Assembly: GCA_963707215.1 (NCBI GenBank)
Contig: CAVPPB010000003.1
Coordinates: forward strand, 1,216,001 to 1,280,000
Length of the DNA: 64,000 nucleotides
Source: an uncultured Chloroflexia bacterium
Lineage (GTDB): Bacteria; Chloroflexota; Limnocylindria; Limnocylindrales; CSP1-4
Direction of reading: 5' to 3'
Shown here one piece after another: positions 59,547 to 64,000 of the stretch. The notes under the pieces were generated by a model that saw nothing but the letters and a program-made list of their open reading frames with translations, had not been told where the DNA came from and searched no databases. The first letter of the stretch is position 1. Every line of letters starts with the position of its first letter. The position numbers and the translations under genes are program-made.

Positions 59547-59591
59547 CATCCCAGGCAGAATGTCGCGGGTTCGAATCTCGACTCCCGCTCC
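59547..59591 (+). mobile_element. Degenerate 3' half of tRNA-Gly(CCC), att remnant
   Basis: 39/45 identical to the reverse complement of 50222-50266. Confidence 0.7.
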
Positions 59592-59609
59592 GCCTCGTCG
59601 CGGCCCGGG

Positions 59610-60704
59610 CTAGCGGGTCGGCGCCGCGACAAGCACTGGCAGCCCGGTGGAGGCGCGTAGCCGGTCCGGCATGACGCCCCGGAGACGCTCAGCGAGGCTG
59701 GGCCGATCGGCTCCCGGCGGCAGCACGAACAGAACGCCGCCAAACCGCCTCGCAGCCTCGGCCAGGCCCTCCGCGCCCGAATGCGTTGGGAACCAGCCGC
59801 CGGCGGTCACGCCGGCGGCCCGCGCCGCTTCGAGGTACGTCCCGATCCCGCCGCGCCCCTCGCGGCGGGCGAGCGCGTCGTCGAACAGCCGGTCGGGCGA
59901 GGGACGATTGAGATCGTCACCGCGCAGATCTCCGTACGGGCTGGAAAATCCTTCGGCCGAGCGATCCACGAGCACGAGCTGCCGGTTCTCACGAGCGGCG
60001 AGCGCCAATCCGACCAGGAATGCATCTCGATCGGCGCCCCGACCGACGGCCACCACGACCGCGCCCTCTGGGGCACCCGACGGGGCTACGTCGGCAGTCT
60101 CGCCGAGCCTGACCAGCTCCTGGGCGGCCGCGGATGTCGGAGCCCTCGGGGCCTCGGCGGGCGGCGCGCCGATCGGGCCGAGCGCGGCGATCAGGAGCTC
60201 GACCACTCCCGGATCGTCGGATACGAAGCCCACGAACCGCTTGCCGGGCGTGGCCGCTCCGCCGATCCCGAAGGTCGCCGGGTCGCCGAGCTCATAAGAC
60301 ACGAACGCGAGCGGTTCCGGGTCGTCGGTCACGAGGAACCACTGGGTCTCGAGCCTGCGGTGGTCACCTGGGACTTGGCGGTAGTCGAGCGTGGCGAGTC
60401 CGGGATCCTCCGGCCGAGGCCCGATCGCCCACACGGTGAGCCTCGTGCCGGCCTCGAGCAGGTCGACGTACCGGAGTGCCTCGACCCGGAGCTTCGCCGT
60501 CGTCTGGAACCCGACGAGCAGCCGTCCGCCCCGCGCGGCCGCCTCGATCTCGCGCGTGGTGCGCAGCATCCCTCGCGGGTCATAGGTGAAGCGGGTGGCA
60601 TCGGGAGCGCGCCCCAGCGCTTCGGCAAGCCGCCGGCCGATCTCGAAGATGCCCGCATCCCCCGAATCCGCCGGGTAGGTCCAATCCATGCTCGGTGCCG
60701 CCAT
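59610..60704 (-). CDS. DICT-like sensory domain fused to a USP-like C-terminal domain
   Basis: MLRTTREIE, VGFQ, LETQWFLV and FVGFVSDDPGVV; start uncertain. Confidence 0.65.
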   Translation of the reverse strand: MAAPSMDWTYPADSGDAGIFEIGRRLAEALGRAPDATRFTYDPRGMLRTTREIEAAARGGRLLVGFQTTAKLRVEALRYVDLLEAGTRLTVWAIGPRPEDPGLATLDYRQVPGDHRRLETQWFLVTDDPEPLAFVSYELGDPATFGIGGAATPGKRFVGFVSDDPGVVELLIAALGPIGAPPAEAPRAPTSAAAQELVRLGETADVAPSGAPEGAVVVAVGRGADRDAFLVGLALAARENRQLVLVDRSAEGFSSPYGDLRGDDLNRPSPDRLFDDALARREGRGGIGTYLEAARAAGVTAGGWFPTHSGAEGLAEAARRFGGVLFVLPPGADRPSLAERLRGVMPDRLRASTGLPVLVAAPTR

Positions 60705-60811
60705 TGTGGTGCAGCGCTCCTTCGGGTCACTTGGCTCGGCCTCGAAGCTCATGAAGGCTGAGCGGTCGGATGAAGTGAGAGTAGACGACCAAATTGCCGG
60801 TTGGGCCGCAC

Positions 60812-60878
60812 CGGCGTCGCCGCGGTGCTGGCGACCGGCTCCGAGAAGGCTGCCGCCCACCAGCTCGGCCTGTCGCAG
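60812..60878 (+). pseudogene. Fragment of the repeated HTH gene
   Basis: VAAVLATGSEKAAAHQLGLS. Confidence 0.7.
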
Positions 60879-61055
60879 GGGCCGCGCTTCGTCGGCCTGC
60901 GTCTCACACCGGCCGCCTACCGGCATCGACTGGCGCTCGCGCCACCAGATGCTGTTATGGCGCGCCCGACAGGTGTTGGGCGCGGGATTACAACCTACAC
61001 CATCCCGATCGAGGGTCGGGATGAGTGGCTGGCCGCGGCGAGGCGGCTGGCGTGA
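60879..61055 (+). pseudogene. Recombinase-like 3' remnant spanning a tRNA-Arg-type att core (60958-60973)
   Basis: GPRFVGLRLTPAAYRH..VMARPTGVGRGITTYTIPIEGRDEWLAAARRLA*; tggcgcgcccgacagg is antisense to a CCUGUCGGGCGCGCCA tRNA 3' end; GTGA overlap into the HTH gene. Confidence 0.55.
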
Positions 61056-61300
61056 GACGCCAGGCTCGGGCGGGTCGATATTCAGGCGGGACTGCCGCGG
61101 ACCACGAGCTCGTCGTGGTCGCCGCTGTCATCGCGGCCGGCTCTGAGAAGGCCGCTGCCCACCGGCTGGGCTTGTCGCACTCGACGGTCAAGCACCACCT
61201 GGCGAACGCGCGGGCCAAGGTGGGGGCGGCGAGGAGGGCGCAGCTGGTGTGGATCCTCGCGGGGCGGCTGCCGGAACCAGAGGGCACAGGACCGGCCGAG
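61052..61300 (+). CDS. Small LuxR/GerE-like HTH protein (copy 3; native stop lost at the junction with the opposing gene)
   Basis: VAAVIAAGSEKAAAHRLGLSHSTVKHHLANARAKVG..QLVWILA. Confidence 0.75.
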
Positions 61301-62050
61301 TCACTCGCCTTCCGCAGCGACGCCGATCAGCGCCCCTGGCGGGGCACTCGCCCCGGCTGTAGCGCCTTCGGCCATCCGCAGCCCGCGGACGAGGAGTCCT
61401 GCTCCCATCAGCACGCACCACAGGAGCGTGCCCGGGATTGACGCGATCATCAGCAGCCATGCCTCGTCGGGCAGCACGCCGAGCTCGCCGACCAGCCGCC
61501 CCACGACGTGGATCGCCGGAACGAGCCCGAGCACGCATATGGCGAGCGGGATCAGCCGGGTGCGAATGCCGATCAGGCTGAGGCCCGTCGCCCACAGGGC
61601 AAGCGAGAGCAGGCCCGCCGGCAGCACGCCCTGGACGCCAGCCATCTGGACCACGAGGTACGCAGTCTCACCCCACGCGGCATCGAGGGACGCGATGTGG
61701 AGGAGCGGCCCGACCGCGCCGATGCGCATCACGCCGAATACGAGGAAGCAGAAGGCAGCGAACAGGCCGAAGACGGACGCCGCCCGAACGGGCCACGAGC
61801 TACGCTCCTGGCGCGCGGTCGCCGCCAAGCTCGTGACGGCGATCGTGAGGACGATGGACGTCAGGATGAGCATGGTCCCGGTGCTCGTGAAGACGTCGGG
61901 ATGTGCGCGCACGAAACGCACGCCAAGCGCCGGATCGTCCGTGTCGGCGAACCCGAGGATCGGCTGAGCGAGGTACAGCCCGAACCAGACGATCCCCACG
62001 ACGCCGGCCCCGACAGCTGCGAGCCCGGCCACGATGGTCGTTCCCCTCAT
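61301..62050 (-). CDS. Multi-TM membrane protein (DUF4386-like)
   Basis: About six TM helices; ends LLWCVLMGAGLL. Confidence 0.7.
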   Translation of the reverse strand: MRGTTIVAGLAAVGAGVVGIVWFGLYLAQPILGFADTDDPALGVRFVRAHPDVFTSTGTMLILTSIVLTIAVTSLAATARQERSSWPVRAASVFGLFAAFCFLVFGVMRIGAVGPLLHIASLDAAWGETAYLVVQMAGVQGVLPAGLLSLALWATGLSLIGIRTRLIPLAICVLGLVPAIHVVGRLVGELGVLPDEAWLLMIASIPGTLLWCVLMGAGLLVRGLRMAEGATAGASAPPGALIGVAAEGE

Positions 62051-62165
62051 GCCCCTCCCCCTACGAACAGAGCCTGGTGCCATCCGGCCTCACACCGCGG
62101 CCTCGTGGTCGCGTTGCCGAAGTATCCCCGAGCGGTCAACGGCCACTCGGACCGGTGGCTCCTGG

Positions 62166-63158
62166 CTACTCCCTCGGCAGGGTCCGGTAGAAGATGAGTT
62201 CCTCGTCCTCGCCGCCGCGCGAGCCCTCCGTGAACAGGTAGAGCGTCACGAGGATCGCGTCCTGGCCGTCGATCTGGACCTCGCTGATCGACGCGTTGCT
62301 GAACGCCTCACTCCCAGCGTGCGTCTGGAATCGGATCTCGTCGGCGACCCGGGTCTCGTCGTCGTAGAGGAACGTCCGCCACGAGCTCCAGTCGCCCGGC
62401 ACTCGCTCACCCTCGAGCAGCATCAGCTCATGCCCGCGGAAGGTGATCGTGTCGCGGTCGCCGATGTGGCCGTCGATGCCACGATCGATCAGCGCCTGAT
62501 CGCGGTCCGGCCGGGCGACTGCCTGCCACGTCGTCCAGTCGGTCCATCCCGACGCCTGGCGGTCGCGCTCGCAGTCTCCGTGGTAGTGGAAGCTGAGCTC
62601 GACGCGCTCCCAATTCGCCGCGTCGATGGACGGCGTCCCCTCGCCACAGGCCGGCATCGTGACCGGCACGTCGAACCTGCGGGCGATCGTCCCCGCTCGG
62701 AGGTCGTCCCACGAGTCGAAGGACGCGACGACAATGTGGATCGGGTCGGGCTCCTGTTCCCAGGCGACCACGTAGCCGCCGTCGGACATCGCCGCGATCG
62801 ACGGCTGCGACGCGAGACCGGCGAGCTCGACCTCCCAGGTCCAGTCGAGGAGGTTGGTCGACGTGGCGAGGTGAGTGTGGAAGGCCTGATCCGCATCGTC
62901 CCAGGCGAAGTAGACGGCAGCGAAGCGGCCAGCCTCAGGGACCCAGATGACGTCCATCGGGCCCATGTGACGCCCTCGGTCGTCCTTGAGCTTGTACCGG
63001 TAGGCCGTTGCCTGGGTGACGTCAGTGATGAGTCCGAGCAGCTCCGTCCGGGCCGCCCCGATCGACACCGGCGAGGCGGCTGGCGCGCCACAGGCGGCAA
63101 CGACAACCACCGCTCCGAGGACGCCGGCCATCCACCCACGGCTGAGCATGCCGGCCAT
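62166..63158 (-). CDS. Hypothetical lipoprotein, possible beta-propeller hydrolase
   Basis: VAAC lipobox; HLATSTNLLDW Asp-box-like motif; GHIGDRD. Confidence 0.7.
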   Translation of the reverse strand: MAGMLSRGWMAGVLGAVVVVAACGAPAASPVSIGAARTELLGLITDVTQATAYRYKLKDDRGRHMGPMDVIWVPEAGRFAAVYFAWDDADQAFHTHLATSTNLLDWTWEVELAGLASQPSIAAMSDGGYVVAWEQEPDPIHIVVASFDSWDDLRAGTIARRFDVPVTMPACGEGTPSIDAANWERVELSFHYHGDCERDRQASGWTDWTTWQAVARPDRDQALIDRGIDGHIGDRDTITFRGHELMLLEGERVPGDWSSWRTFLYDDETRVADEIRFQTHAGSEAFSNASISEVQIDGQDAILVTLYLFTEGSRGGEDEELIFYRTLPRE

Positions 63159-63199
63159 CCTATGCTGGCGCTACGGGCGACGCCCTGGAGTCCCAAGGC

Positions 63200-63351
63200 C
63201 GTACACGTGGCCCGCGGCGAATGTCGTGACCGTGACGCAACACTTGGCGGACGTCCGCTCGAAGGTCCGGCGCCACGACGACGGCGCAGCTGGTGTGGAT
63301 CCTGGCCGCGCGGGTGGCTGGAATCCGAGCGCAACGCGGACAGACGAGTAG
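63200..63351 (+). pseudogene. Degenerate copy of the repeated HTH gene
   Basis: TVTQHLADVRSKV and acgacggcgcagctggtgtggatcct...gacgagtagcggcga are shared with 52493-52572. Confidence 0.7.
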
Positions 63352-63384
63352 CGGCGAGCCGCCGCCCCGGGCGGCCGGTACAGG

Positions 63385-63678
63385 TCAACTCGTGACGGTC
63401 GAGGAGCGGAGGAACCAGCGTCCGGCGATTGCATAGGCCGCGGCGACGACGAAGATCAGCAGCCCTCCCCCGGCATTGAACAGCGCGATGGACCCGAACA
63501 GCGCCAGGGGCAGGAGCGCGGCTCGCCGAGCCGGGCTTGGCCAGATGGCGATCGCGAGCGGAATGAGGGAGAGCCAGGCGACCAGGGACCCGACGATGTA
63601 CGGTACGCCACCCCACGACTGCCCGAGCGCGTCCTCCGCCAAATTCGCAACTCCGGCGACGACCGCGGCGATCGCGAC
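63385..63678 (-). pseudogene. 5'-truncated membrane protein abutting the att repeat
   Basis: Hydrophobic ORF ([11 protein letters not shown]...) with no start before the repeat at 63679. Confidence 0.5.
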
Positions 63679-63713
63679 GGGCCGGCGTCGTCCGCGTGAA
63701 AGAAGGTCGAGTC

Positions 63714-63790
<77 letters not shown>

Positions 63791-64000
63791 ACCGAGGGCT
63801 CTCGTCGCGAGAGCGGGTCGGATGATAGCACCGGAGGCCCGACCCGGCCATCCTGGCCGCCTCTGAGCCTTCCTGGCCGCCTCCCGACCTGGCCATCCCG
63901 GCGGCTTCCGGATCGGAACGGTGCCCTAGGCCGATGCTGGCACCCTCCGCTGCGGCATCGTCGCCCGCCGCCGCCCCGGCTGCCGATTCGCGCGTCATCC

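Overview
Very GC-rich bacterial DNA whose gene content resembles Chloroflexota (Limnocylindria-like; inferred from sequence style only). 1-17.3 kb is a selenium/formate locus: selD, two convergent selenocysteine formate dehydrogenase operons with identical SECIS cores, and fdhD. The 9.4-16.7 kb part of it is dense with 1-bp frameshifts, probably assembly errors. 17.3-45.8 kb is mostly ordinary metabolic genes (lysA, tnaA, malic enzyme, a xanthine-dehydrogenase-family operon), many apparently leaderless, plus a local Crp/Fnr regulon with two perfect class II boxes. 45.8-63.8 kb is an accessory patchwork ending at tRNA-Pro(CGG). It contains repeated junctions made of a recombinase 3' end, an antisense tRNA 3' att core, a short tail peptide and a translationally coupled small LuxR-like HTH gene. 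It also holds tRNA-Gly half copies, three c-di-GMP-II-like riboswitches, phage remnants and truncated genes. All product calls rest on motif recognition; no database searches were run.
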